64,000 nt of DNA from Mobula hypostoma (lineage: Eukaryota): the NCBI RefSeq assembly GCF_963921235.1, contig NC_086097.1:236470001-236534000 (forward strand), written 5' to 3'. Made by a program: the position numbers and the translations under genes. Positions 24,781 through 37,648 of the stretch are shown here, one piece after another (within the stretch, counting starts at the first letter, position 1; each line of letters begins with the position of its first letter). Below the pieces are notes generated by a model. That model saw nothing but the letters and a program-made list of their open reading frames with translations, had not been told where the DNA came from and did not search any database.

Positions 24781-25073
24781 GGCCCCACCTCCCCCTCGTA
24801 CCCCATCTGTTACTCATTTTTATGCACACATTCTTTCTCTCACTCTCCTTTTTCTCCCTCTGTCCCTCTGAATATACCTCTTGCCCATCCTCTGGGTCAC
24901 CCCCCCCCGTCTTTCTCCCTAGGCCTCCTGTCCCATGATCCTCTCCTATCCCCTTTTGCCTATCACCTGTCCAGCTCTCGGCTCTATCCCTCCCCCTCCT
25001 GTCTTCTCCTATCATTTTGCATCTCCCCCTCCCCCTCCAGCTTTCAAATCCCTTACGCACTCTTCCTTCAGTT

Positions 25074-25109
25074 AGTCCTGACGAAGGGTCTCGGCCTGAA
25101 ACGTCGACT
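25074..25109 (+). ncRNA. Minimal type I hammerhead ribozyme motif (copy 1)
   Basis: AGUC-CUGACGA-A-GGGU(CUCG)GCCU-GAAA-CGUC-GACU: stem I AGUC/GACU, intact core, palindromic ACGU in place of stem III; predicted cut after C25105. Confidence 0.8.
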
Positions 25110-25490
25110 GCACCTCTTCCTATAGATGCTGCTGGGCCTGCTGCGTTCACCAGCAACTTTGATGTATGTTGCTTGAATTTCCAGCATCTGCAGAATTCCT
25201 GTTGTTTGCGTTTAAATTCACTACTGCGAAGCCTCTCCCGGTGATGCCTACACCGAAGAAGTTTAGATCCTCTCTTCAACGGGAGTTCAGTGAAACCATC
25301 TCTCACTGCTCCCCATCTGTAATTTCTTCAGCTCTTCAACTTTTCGACCACACTTCATATTATTTTCCCCTTTTGCCTATCACCCGTCCAGCTCTCGGCT
25401 CTATCCCTCCCCCTCCTGTCTTCTCCTATCATTTTGCATCTCCCCCTCCCCCTCCAGCTTTCAAATCCCTTACTCACTCTTCCTTCAGTT

Positions 25491-25526
25491 AGTCCTGACG
25501 AAGGGTCTCGGCCTGAAACGTCGACT
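25491..25526 (+). ncRNA. Minimal type I hammerhead ribozyme motif (copy 2)
   Basis: Identical 36-nt motif 417 nt downstream; predicted cut after C25522. Confidence 0.8.
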
Positions 25527-26428
25527 GCACGTCTCCTTATAGATGCTGCTTGGCCTGCTGCGTTCACCAGCAACTTTGATGTATGTTGCTTGAATTTCCA
25601 GCATCTGCAGAATTCCTGTTGTTTGCCTCTATTCTGAGGCTGGTCTTAGACTCACCCACCATAGGAAAACATCTATCGAGGCCTTTCAACATTCATTAGG
25701 TTTCGATGGGATCTCCCTTCATTCTTATGAATTCCAGTGAGTACAGGCTCAAAGCCATCTTACGCTCTTCATATAACAAGCCGTTCAATCCTGGGATCAT
25801 TTCTGTAAGCCTCATTTGAACCCTCTCCAGTGTCAACACATCCTTTCTAAGATAAGGGATCCAGACTTCTCATTATAATCCAAGTGAGACCTCCCCAGTG
25901 CTCAACATTACATCCTTGTTTTTAAGTAGCCCTATTTTGCAGGAGTAAAACAAGCACTTAATAATTCCAAAATGATAAATACATTTTCACATTCAATTCC
26001 TACTGTCTTATGTGTTCATCATAAAATAGAGTCTTTATGGTATCTCACTCACTGAAGTCTTTTCAGTCAGGTTTTAACACCACTGGCAGTCTGCCAACAC
26101 CCTCCATCGTGATTAGCTGAGTTTGAAGATCAACCAATGAAGTTATACATTCCACACTAATTAGTGCTTAACTAGCAGATGACAAAATAAAGATTGCATG
26201 TTAGGGCTAATGTGTATTGGAAGTATTGATTCTCAGGAGTGAATTTACAGACATTCTCAAAACTTAGCACCTGCCCAATTAATAGTAAAATACTTTTCCC
26301 TGGGGCAGCCACTAACACTAAAACGCTGGGCAGTTTAAGTCACCCTGATGTTTTATGGCATGATGATTCTCTTCATATTTGTACCACAAATCTAATCAGT
26401 ATAGTTATTGAAGGACGCTGAAGAACCA

Positions 26429-26482
26429 CCAGGATTCCCCCAGGATCAATAAAGTATGACTATTACTATGACTATGACTATG
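26429..26482 (+). mobile_element. Extreme 3' tail of a Rex1/Babar-type LINE with (CTATGA)n
   Basis: cccccaggatcaataaagtatgacta.. closely matches the reverse complement of the tail at 13680-13710. Confidence 0.65.
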
Positions 26483-26619
26483 CTAAGGAACAGTTATTAC
26501 TTTACATCCATCAGCCTCCTGAATCAGGAGGCTAACTTCATTTAAACCTACTCTCAACTGATTCTGAGATACAGGCTCTCTTTTAAGGACTCATTCCAAC
26601 TCTAGTCTCAGTATTTTTT

Positions 26620-27110
26620 TAAGTTCAATGTTCAAAGTAAATTTATTATCAAAGTACATATTTTTCACCAAATACTACCCTGAGATTTATTTTCTTGTCG
26701 GCATTCACAGTAGAACAAAAAAATACAATGGAATCAATGAAAAACTACACTCAAAGGCTGACAAGCAAACAAAGTGCAAAAGAAAACAAACTGTAAATAC
26801 AGAAAAAAAACAATAATAATAAATACAATATGTAAATAAGTAACACTGAGGACATGAGTTGTAAAGTTCTTGAAAGTGAGACCATAGGTTGTGGAACCAG
26901 TTTAGTGTGGTGAGTAATGTTTCCACACTGGTTCAGCTGATGGTTCAGCAAAACTGATCATTGTTCCTAAACCTTGTGGTGTGGAACCTAAGACTCCTGT
27001 ACCTCCTACCCAACAGTAGCGGTGAGAAGACAGCAATGCCCAGATGTTGAGGGGCCTCGATAATGGACGTTGCTTTCTTATGCAGCTCTTCTTCTAGTGT
27101 GCTCAATGGT
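26620..27110 (-). mobile_element. Degraded Rex1/Babar-type 3' fragment
   Basis: Same 3' UTR and C-terminal pattern as 38-720 in reverse; flanked by plus-strand 3' UTR pieces (26483-26620, 27110-27290). Confidence 0.55.
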
Positions 27111-27374
27111 TGAGACATCTATTTATTTGCACAGGTTGTCTTCTTCTGCACAATCGTTGTTTATCAAATCTTTGCCTTTGTATAGATTTTCATGAAAATC
27201 TATTGTATTTCATGTCCTTGCTGCAAAAAAAAATCTTCATGTATTATATGGTAACAGATACATCGTCTGATAATAAATTTACTTTGAACTTAGAGAATCA
27301 TCATTCCAACTATAATGCAAATTATTCCTTGCAAACATTGATACTACTCTAGGAGAAACCATAGAGTTCCTATG

Positions 27375-27790
27375 TGCGTGCTGCCTGTTATGCCATTGGC
27401 ACTTGGGCAGCAATGAAGGTCCTCAAACTCTGGCGGTGTTCAGGGCTTCTTTCATCATGTCAGTAGCTTCCACTCAGTTTTCACTACTGTCAGTCATGTA
27501 ACTCCCGGGTGGAGACCCAGGAATACTGCCACACTCAAATGTAGAAGGCTCCTTCATTGTTGTTTCATAGTAGTTTTGGTTTAACAGTCAAGATTGTTAG
27601 CACTGAGCTGAACTCCTGAACCTGGAGGAACAATGGACCACACGTAGTCTGGCCTTTATCCTTTGACCTGTTTGGCATGGGTGATCCTACCAACAGCCAA
27701 AGCATTAAGCCTTGGCTCCAGCCAGCATAGCTCTCTGGATCATTGAGGCACACAAGCTTGCAAGCCACAATAAGTTTGTGATCCTCTTGA
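27375..27790 (-). mobile_element. RTE-clade-derived non-autonomous element (5' UTR-like leader)
   Basis: Minus strand gagagctatgctggc..ggtaggatcacccatgccaaacaggtc..gctaacaatc..taaacc resembles RTE/Expander 5' UTRs as I recall them; no ORF. Confidence 0.45.
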
Positions 27791-27975
27791 AGGATCTATA
27801 ATGAAACTAAATTCCTAATGCTATTCTATATTCCCTCTCCAGCTTCTTCAATCAATTTAATACATCAAACATAAATTCTAGAAAACAAAACTCACATAAT
27901 AAGACAACATCTGAATATACCTACTGAATTTTCCTGGCTTCTGCACGTTTGTCAATTTTTTTTATTCCTTCTCAA

Positions 27976-30900
27976 CATAGAACATAGAACAGTACAGCAC
28001 AGTACTATTGTGCCACAATGTTGTGCCGACCCTCAAACCCTGCCTCCCATATAAACCTCCACCTTAAATTCCTCCATATACTTGTCCAGTAGTCTCTTAA
28101 GTTTCATTAGTGTATCTGCCTCCACCACTGACTCAGGCAGTGCATTCCACACACCAACAACTCTCTGAGTAAAAAACCTTCCTTTAATATCCCCCTTGAA
28201 CTTCCCACCCCTTACCTTAAAGCCATGTCCTCTTGTATTGAGCAGTGGTATCCTGGGGAAGAGGCGCTGGCTATCCACTCTATCTATTCCTCTTATTATC
28301 TCGTACACCTCTATCATGTCTCCTCTCATCCTTCTTCTCTCCAAAGAGTAAAGCCCTAGCTCCCTTAATCTATGATCATAATGCATACTCTCTAAACCAG
28401 GCAGCATCCTGGTAAATCTCCTCTGTACCCTTTCGAATGCTTCCACATCCTTCCTATAGTGAGGTGACCAGAACTGGACACAGTACTCCAAGTGTGGCCT
28501 AACCAGAGTTTTATAGAGCTGCATCATTACCTCGTGACTCTTAAACTTTATCACTCGACTTATGAAAGCTAACACCCTACCCTAACTACCTGAGAGGCAA
28601 CTTTCAGGGATCTGTGGACATGTACCCCGAGATCCCTCTGCTCCTCCACACTACCAAGTATCCTGCCATTTACTTTGTATTCTGCCTTGGAGTTTGTCCT
28701 TCCAAAGCGTACCACCTCACACTTCTCCGAGTTGAACTCCATCTGCCACTTCTCAGCCCAATTCGGCATCCTATCAATGTCCCTCTGCAATCTTCCACAA
28801 TCCTCCACACAATCTACAATACCACCAACCTTTGTGTCATCTGCAAACTTGCCAACCCACCCTTCTACCCCCAAATCCAGGTTGTTAATAAAAATCATGA
28901 AAAGTAGAGGTCCCAGAACCGATCCTTGTGGGACATCACTAGTCACAACCCTCCAATCCGAATGTACTCCCTCCACCATCACCCTCTGCCTTCTTGCAGG
29001 CAAGCCAATTCTGAATCAACCTGGCCAAACTTCCCTGGATTAAATGCCTTCTGACTTTCTGAATAAGCCTACCGTGTGGAACTTTGTCAAATGCCTTACT
29101 AAAATCCATGTAGATCACACCCACTGCACTACCCCCATCTATATGCCTGGTCACCTCCTCAAAAAACTCTATCAGGCTTGTTGGACATAATCTGTCCTTC
29201 AGAAAGCTATCCTGACTGTCCCTTATCAGACCATGATTCTCCAAATGCCCATAGATCCTATCTCTAAGAATCTTTTCCAACAGCTTTCCCACTACAGACG
29301 TAAGGCTCACTGGTCTATAATTACCCAGACTATCCCAGCTACCTTTTTTGAACAAGGGGGCAACATTCGCCTCCCTCCAATCCTATGGTACCATTTCCAT
29401 AGATGAGGACATAAAGATCCTAGCCAGAGGCTCAGCAATCTCTTCCCTCGCCTCGTGGAGCACTCTTGGGAATATTCCGTCAGACCCCGAGGATTTATCC
29501 ATCCTCATGTATTTTAACATATCCAACACCTCCTCTCCCTTAATATCAACATGCTCCAGAACATTAACCTCACTCATATTCTCCTCACCATCATCAAGTT
29601 CCCTCTCATTGGTGAATATTGAAGAAAAGTATTCACTGAGGACCTCGCTCACTTCTACAGCCTCCAGGCACATCTTCCCAACTTTATCTCTAATTGATCC
29701 TACCTTCACTCCTGTCATCCTTTTGTTTTTCACATAATTGAAGAATGCCTTGAGGTTTTCCTTTACCCTACTCGCCAAGGCCTTCTCTTGCCCCCTTCTT
29801 GCTCTTCTCAGCCCCTTCTTAAAATCCTTTCTTGCTACCCAATATTTCTCAATAGACCCATCTGATCCTTGCTTCCTAAACCTCATGTATGCTGCCTTCT
29901 TCCACCCGACTAAATTTTCCACCTCACTTGTCACCCATGATTCCTTCACCCTACCATTCTTTATCTTCCTCACCGGGACAAATTTATCCCTAACATCCTG
30001 CAAGAGATCCCTAAATATCGACCACATATCCATAGTGTATCTCCCTGCAAAAACATCATCCCAATTCACACCAGCAAGTTCTAGCCTTATAGCCTCATAA
30101 TTTGCACTTCCCCAGTTAAAAAATTTTCCTGTCCTCTCTGATTCTTTCCTTTTCCATGATAATGGTAATGCTAAAGGCCAGGGAGCGGTGGTCACTGTCC
30201 CACAGATGCTCACCCACTGAGAGATCTGTGACCTGACCCGGTTCATTACCTAGTACTAGATCTAGTATGGCATTCCCCCTAGTCAGCCTGTCAACATACT
30301 AAACCATAGAACCAAAGAACCATAGAAACTACAGCACAGAAACAGGCCTTTTGGCCCTTCTTGGCTGTGCCGAACCATTTTCTGCCTAGTCCCACTGACC
30401 TGCACACGGACCATATCCCTCCATACACCTCCCATCCATGTATCTGTCCAATTTATTCTGAAGTGTTAAAAAAGAACCCACATTTACCACCTCGTCTGGC
30501 AGCTCATTCCATACTCCCACCACTCTCTCTGTGAAGAAGCCCCCCCCAATGTTCCCTTTAAACTTTTCCCCCCTCACCCTTAACCCATGTCCTCTGGTTT
30601 TTTTCTCCCCTTGCCTCAGTGGAAAAATCCTGCTTGCATTCACTCTATCTATACCCATCATAATTTTATATACCTCTATCAAATCTCCCCTCATTCTTCT
30701 ACGCTCCAGGGAATAAAGTCCTAACCTATTCAACCTTTCTCTGTAACTGAGTTTCTCAAGTCCCGGCAACATCCTTGTAAACCTTCTCTGCACTCTTTCA
30801 AACTTATTTATATCCTTCCTGTAATTTGCTGACCAAAACTGAACACAATACTCCAGATTCGGCCTCACCAATGCCTTATACAACCTCCTCATAACATTCC

Positions 30901-33058
30901 AGCTCTTATACTCAATACTTTGATTAATAAAGGCCAATGTACCAAAAGCTCTCTTTACAACCCTATCTACCTGTGATGCCACTTTTAGGGAATTTTGTAT
31001 CTGTCTTCCCAGATCCCTCTGTTCCACTGCACTCCTCAGTGCCTTACCATTAACCCTGTATGTTCTACCTTGGTTTGTCCTTCCAACGTGCAATACCTCA
31101 CACTTGTCTGTATTAAACTCCATCTGCCATTTTCAGCCCATTTTTCCAGCTGGTCCAAGTCCCCCTGCAGGCTCTGAAAACCTTCCTCACCGTCTACTAC
31201 ACCTCCAATCTTTGTATCATCAGCAAATTTGCTGATCCAGTTTACCACATTATCATCCAGATCATTGATATAGATGACAAATAACAATGGACCCAGCACT
31301 GATCTCTGTGGCACACCACTAGTCACAAGCCTCCACTCAGAGAAGCAATTCTCTACTACCACTCTTTGGCTTCTTTCATTGAGCCAATGTCTAATCCGAT
31401 TTACCACCTCTCCATGTATACCTAGCGACTGAATTTTCCTAACTAACCTCCCATGCGGGACCTTGTCAAAGGCCTTACTGAAGTCCATGTAGACAATATC
31501 CACTGCCTTCCCTTCATCCATTTTCCTGATAACCTCCTCAAAAAACTCCAACAAATTGGTCAAACATGACCTACCACGCACAAAGCCATGTTGACTCTCC
31601 CTAATAAGTCCCTGTCTATCCAAATGCTTGTAGATGCTGTCTCTTAGTACTCCCTCCTCCCTACTACCCACGTTAAACTTACTGGCCTATAATTTCCCAG
31701 ATTACTTTTCGATCCTTTTTTAAACAACGGAACAACATGAGCCACTCTCCAATCCTCCGGCACCTCAGCTGTAGACAGCGACATTTTAAATATTTCTGCC
31801 AGGACCCCTGCAATTTCAACACTAGACTCCTTCAAAGTCCGAGTGAAACACCCTGTCAGGTCCCAGGGATTTATCCACTTTAATTTTCCTCAAGAAAGCA
31901 AGGACCTCCTCCTTTTCGATCTGTACAATTTCCATGATCTCACTACTTGTTTCTCCTAATTCCATAGACTTCATGCCAGTTTCCTTAGTAAATACAGATG
32001 CAAAAAACCTATTTAAGATCTCCCCCATTTCCTTTGGTTCCGCCCATAGCCAACCACTCTGATCTTCAAGAGGACCAATTTTATCCCTTACAATCCTTTT
32101 GCTCTTAATATACCTGTAAAAGCTCTTTGGATTATCCTTCACTTTGACTGTCAAGGCAACCTCATGTCTTCTTTTAGCCCTCCTGATTTCTTTCTTAAGT
32201 ATTTTCTTGCACTTCTTATACTCCTCAAGCACTTTATTTACACCCTGCTTCCTATACATGTCATACAACTCCCTCTTCTTCTTTATCAGAGTTGCAATAT
32301 CCCTTGAGAACCAAGGTTCCTTATTCCTATTCACTTTGCCTTTAATGCTGACAGGAACATACAAATTCTGCACTCTCAAAATTTCTCCTTTGAAGGCTTC
32401 CCACCTACCGATCACATCTTTGCCAGAGAACAACCTGTCCCAATCCACGCTTTTTAGATCCTTTCTCATTTCTTCAGATTTGGCCTTCTTCCAGTTCAGA
32501 ACCTCAACCCTAGGACCAGATCTATCCTTGTCCATGATCAAGTTGACAGGAATCCATCCTGGACACACTTAAGAAACTCTGCATCATCCAAACCCTTGGA
32601 ACTAATCAGGTGCCAATCAATATTAGGGGAGTTAAAGTCACTCATGATAACAACAATGTTATTTTTGCACCTTTCCAAAATTTGCTTCCTAATCTGCTTC
32701 TTGGTATCTCTGCCGTACCGGGGGGCCGATAAAATACTCCCAGTAGTGTAACTGCTCCCTTCCTGTTCCTGACTTCCACCCATACTGACTCAAAAGAGGA
32801 TCGAGCTATATTACCCACCCTTTCCGTAGCTGTAATAGTATCCCTGACCAGTAATGCCACCCCTCCTCTCCTTTCCCCCTCCTCTCTATCCCTTTTAAAG
32901 CACTGAAATCCAGGAATATTGAGAATCCATTCCTGCCCTGGTGCCAGCCAAGTCTCTGTAATGGCCGCTACATCATAATTCCATGTATGTATCCAAGCTC
33001 TCAGTTCATCACCTTTGTTCCTGATGCTTCTTGCATTGAAGTACACACACTTCACAGA
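27976..33058 (-). mobile_element. CR1 LINE ORF2 (degraded), interrupted by another CR1 at about 30301-32544
   Basis: (CATAGAA)n tail at 27976; RT motifs in 28033-30246; endonuclease N-terminus (YFNARSIRNK, ITETW, YRPP) resumes at 32545-33058. Confidence 0.9.
30301..32544 (-). mobile_element. Nested 5'-truncated CR1 LINE
   Basis: Own tail aaccatagaaccaaagaaccatagaa; ORFs 30386-31123, 31036-31671, 31822-32568 with [17 protein letters not shown]. Confidence 0.9.
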
Positions 33059-33630
33059 CACACAGGATGGAACTTCTGTTAAGACTGACTAAACACATGT
33101 TTTCCCCTGTGGATTGGTCATCATTAGACATCTCTTTAGTGTGCCAAAGATTTCAAGTTCAGAAGAACAAGTTTGAAATGAGAGACACTTAATTTTTTGG
33201 TTCATTTTAAATGTGTACATGTTTTCCATCTTGCCTGATGCCAGCCTGAAAATACTTAGGTTATCATTAAAAGATATATTTGTATATTGTACCTCATCAC
33301 ACATTAATTAACCATATGGTTATATTGACACCAGAAGGATTTGTTAGCACAGTAATCAAATAATAACACATGACTTCAAATCTCGTCATGGTTGTTAGGA
33401 AATAAAATTTCCGTTAATTAATTAAAATAATTATTTAGAACAAAAAGCTATGGGAGACAACCTGCCAACCAAGTCTGGCAGTTATTTGAATCTTGAACCA
33501 TAGAAATATGCTTGACTTATGAACACTATATGAAATAACCAAGCAAGCTTGTGGCACCTAAAATCTTGGAAAGAGTTAACAAAATGTTCCTCATTGAAAT
33601 AAGACGATTCTGTATGTTCCTTGGGATGTA

Positions 33631-35882
33631 CGCTCAGTGGCCACTTTATTAGGTACACGTGCTTATTAGTCAAGTCACTTTTTATTGTCATTTCGACCAT
33701 AGCTGCTGGTACAGTACACAGTAAAAATGAGACAATGTTTTCCAGGACCATGGTGCTACATGAAACAATACAAAAACTACACTGAACTACATAATACAAC
33801 ACAAAAACTACACTAGACTACAGACCTACCCAGGACTGCATAAAGTGCACAAATCAGTGCAGACATTACAATGAATAATAAACAAGACAATAGGCACAGT
33901 AGAGGGCAGTAGGTTGTTGTCAGTCCAGGCTCTGGGTATTGAGGAGTCTGATGACTTGGGGGAAGAAAGTGTTGCATAGTCTGGTTGTGAGAGCCCGAAT
34001 GCTTCGGTGCCTTTTGCCAGATGGCAGGAGGGAGAAGAGTTTGTATGAGGGGTGCATTGGGTCCTTCATAATGTTGTTTGCTTTACGGATGCAGCGTGTG
34101 GTGTAAATGTCTGTGATGGCGGGAAGAGAGACCCTGATGATCTTCTCAGCTGAACTCACTATCCGCTGCAGGGTGTTGCGATCCAAGATGGTGTAATTTC
34201 CGAACCAGACAGTGATGCAGCTGCTCAGGATGCTCTCAATACAACCTCTGTGGAATGTGGTGAGGATTGGGGGGTGGGAGATGGACTTTTCTCAGCCTTC
34301 GCAGAAAATAGAGACGCTGCTGGGCTTTCTTTGCTATGGAGCTGGTGTTGAGGGACCAGGTGAGATTCTCCGCCAGGTGAATACCAAGAAATTTGGTGCT
34401 CTTAACAATCTCTTTGGAGGAGTCGTCGATGTTCAGCAGAGAGTGGCTGCTCCGTGTCCACCTGAAGTCAACAACCATCTCTTTTGTTTTGTCCACATTC
34501 AGAGACAGGTTGTTGGCTCTGCACCAGTCCGTTAGCAGCTGGTCCTCCTCTCTGTATAGTGACTCATCGTTCTTGCTGATGAGACCCACCACGGTCGTGT
34601 CATTGGTGAACTTGATGATGTGATTCGAGCTGTGTGTTGCAGCACAGTCGTGGGTCAGCAGAGTGAACAGCAGTGGAATGAGCACAGGGGACCCCCCGCG
34701 CCCAGTGTGATGCTGTTTGGAGATGCTGCTTCCGATCTGGACTGACTGGGGTCTCCCATGTCAGGAAGTCTAGGATCCAGTTGCGGAGGGAGGTGTTCAG
34801 GTCCAGTAGGCTCAGCTTTCCAATCAGTTTCTGAGGAATGATTGTGTTGAATGCTGAACTGAAGTCTATGAACAGGATTCGAACATACGTGTCTTTTTTG
34901 TCCAGGAGGGTTAGGGCCAGGTAGAGGGTGATGGCAATGGTGCCATCGGTTGAACAGTTGGGACGGTACATGAACCGCAGGGGGTCCAGTGAGGGGGGCA
35001 TCAGGGTCTTAATGTGCCTCATGACGAGCCTCTCGAAACACTTCATGATGATGGATGTGAGTGCGACAGGACGGTAGTCATTGAGGCAGGACACTGAAGA
35101 CTTCTTTGGCATGGGGACGATGGTGGCGGCCTTGAAGCACATAGGAACGACGGCGCTGCTCAGGGAGATGTTGAAGATGTCAGTGAGAATCTCTGCTAGC
35201 TGGTCTACTCATCCTCTAAACACTCTGCCAGGAATATTGTCTGGTCCAGCAGCCTTCCTTGGGTTGACCCTGCACAGGGTTCTCCTCACATCGGCCATGG
35301 TAAGATATCACAGCACCTGGTCGTTTGGAGGAGGGGTGGTCTTCCTCACCGCCATGTCGTTTTCCGCCTCAAATATCGATTCAACCAATCATTTGGCAGC
35401 AACTCAATGCATAAAAGCATGCAGACATGGTCAAGAAGGTCAGTTCTTGTTCAGACCAAACATCAGAATGGGGGAAAGAAATGTGATCTAAGTGATTATA
35501 ACTATTGTAGGTGCCAAGTGGGCAGGTTTGAGTATCTCAGAAACAGCTAATCTCCTGGGATTTTCATGCACACATCTCTGGAGTTAACAGAGAATGGTGT
35601 GAAAAACAAAAAACAATACAGTGGCTGGCATTTCTATGAGTGAAAATGCCTTGTTGATGAAAATGGTCAGAGGAGAATAGCCAGACTTGTTCAAGCTGAT
35701 AGGAAGGTGATGATAACTCAAATAACCACACGTTATCACAGTGGCATGCAGAAGAGCAGCTCTGTATGCACAACACATCAAACTTTGAAGTGGATGGGCT
35801 ACAGCAGCAGAAGACCACAAACATACACTCAGTGGCCACTTTATTATGTGCAGGGTGTACCAAGTAAAGCGGCCACCGAGTG
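33631..35882 (+). mobile_element. Tc1/mariner deletion derivative, interrupted by a Rex1-like LINE
   Basis: 28-bp TIRs (33631-33658; 35855-35882) each flanked by TA; decayed transposase N-terminus at about 35468-35820 (..LSISETANLLGFS..ARLVQADRK..TQITTRY..TLKWMGYSSRRP); DDE domain absent. Confidence 0.85.
33667..35372 (-). mobile_element. Rex1/Babar LINE, 5'-truncated RT region with frameshifts
   Basis: [71 protein letters not shown]; 3' UTR to 33667. Confidence 0.9.
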
Positions 35883-37648
35883 TATGCATAAGAAAACAGT
35901 TTCATTTACTGAAACCAATGAAGTAGTCTGATGATTTGCCCAATCGGCACAAATCCCTGTCAGACCTCCATGCTTGCTGACTTTGCTTCATTATGAGAGA
36001 TCAACTTATTTAAAGATTTCCAAGTTACTGCTGGCACATTGTGCATCATGCTTTGGTGTTTCTCCAAATACACTCTGTAGATTTGATGGATGCTCAGTGA
36101 AATGCTGAAGATGTTGCTGTAAATGGGATCATTTTAGCCAGTTTCCCACCAAAAATAAGCCCCACTGAAATTCAGATGAAATCCGGGATTTCAATGGACA
36201 TAACAAACCCACAATATCACAAAAGAAGTAAAGCTCGCTGTGCATTCTATGTCACTGACATAGAACCATTGAGTCATCGGGAGATACAGCACAGAAGCAT
36301 TGTCACGGCCCTTTGACCTACCAAGTGTGTGCTGGCAATGTCAGAACCCAAGTGCAGAGGTAAGTCAGACTCCCATGTAGATGCCGAATTGCTTATTCAT
36401 AAGATTTCTGACAGAACATTGGTGGTTTGGCCAAGCGACACCACGAGCTGTAACATTCTCAAAACTAGGACCCCGAGATTAGTGCTAATCAGGCGTCTGC
36501 TTACATAATACAAGTAACACAGAATCCCTGACAGACTATCAAAATAAACTCAACATGTTTAAGCAGAAAGCACCAGGAGACCGCGTTATATGGAGTGAGT
36601 CACTCAAGAGAAAATACTGGGAAATCTGAGCGATTAATGACACTCGTTAAACAACATTTAACCATACCAGGTGCTCTGAAAACCTCAGAACCCAACGCCC
36701 TCCAGCTAACTGCACAGGCCCAAAGAGTTCATTACACCAAGTCTCCGTCAGCCTTGAACTGTCCGTTTGCACTGGTTCTGCATAATCCCATGTTTATTCA
36801 CATTCTTGTCGATACCCTGCTCTCTTCCACAGATTCTACCCCACACCTGCATGGGGTGGCCATCCTGTGTGTCTTTTCTGCGTGAATGGAATCCAGTGCA
36901 CCCATGAGATCTCTGCTAGAACTGTACAAAATCCATGCAGACAGGGTCTAAGATAAAAATTGAATCCGGTGCACCAAGTGCACCTCCTCTTCAAGATAAA
37001 ATATTTAAAAATCATTTAAATATTTAAATACAACATTTCTTTAAAACTGCATGAAGTTAATGCTAATTAAATCTATAAATATGCAGAGAAGTTAAGAAAC
37101 AAATAAAACTTAGCACAAGAAGAAAAGACGAGCAGTGACAGAAGAAATGAATCTAGACCCTCAATTGAATCAGTGAAGTCATGCTCGTTGACATTCGATG
37201 ACTTACTCAGCAATTTTTAAAGGTGCAAACAACTACCAAAGCACACCAAGCCAATACTGCCGGTTTTCCCTTTTGGTAAAAATATCTCTTCTCAGATGAT
37301 CTTTTCTCAAATGTGCTGCCACTCCACTAGTCTACTGATGATGTAGCTTTTGAATGTTGTAGTCGTAAGAGTTCCAGAGAAGGAACGTTGGCAGAGGTGG
37401 GGGGAATCTCTCTGCCTTTGAAACAATTGCTGATACCCATGCTGCTGTCCCCTGTTTCCAGTAGAAAATAACAATAGGTGACTTTCATGGTGACAGTTCA
37501 GCTGTGTGTTAAAATCTTCTGGACCTCCATGCCTGCAGATGGCGCTGTGGAGGTATGGAAAGCACTGCAAGGTCAATTGCCAGTGCCCTTGGCATCACCT
37601 TTCAAGCAGAGATTTATCACTGTGTCCAGGAGCATTCTATAATTTATT

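Larger units (their letters stand above)
23827..25625 (+). mobile_element. Penelope-like element (Neptune-type), rearranged: inverted pLTR, inverted RT scrap, GIY-YIG domain, pLTR, ORF start, second pLTR
   Basis: 13-bp TSD cctctattctgag at 23814-23826 and 25626-25638; GIY-YIG motif; three pLTR copies with hammerhead cores. Confidence 0.9.
23550..25925 (-). mobile_element. CR1 3' fragment split by the PLE (pieces 23550-23826 and 25626-25925)
   Basis: gaccataagaccataaga tail; sequence is colinear with other CR1 3' ends across the insertion. Confidence 0.8.

Noticed and set aside
36339..36413. 8-bp inverted ends tgtcagaa/ttctgaca
   Set aside because: Too short for an LTR and no TSD
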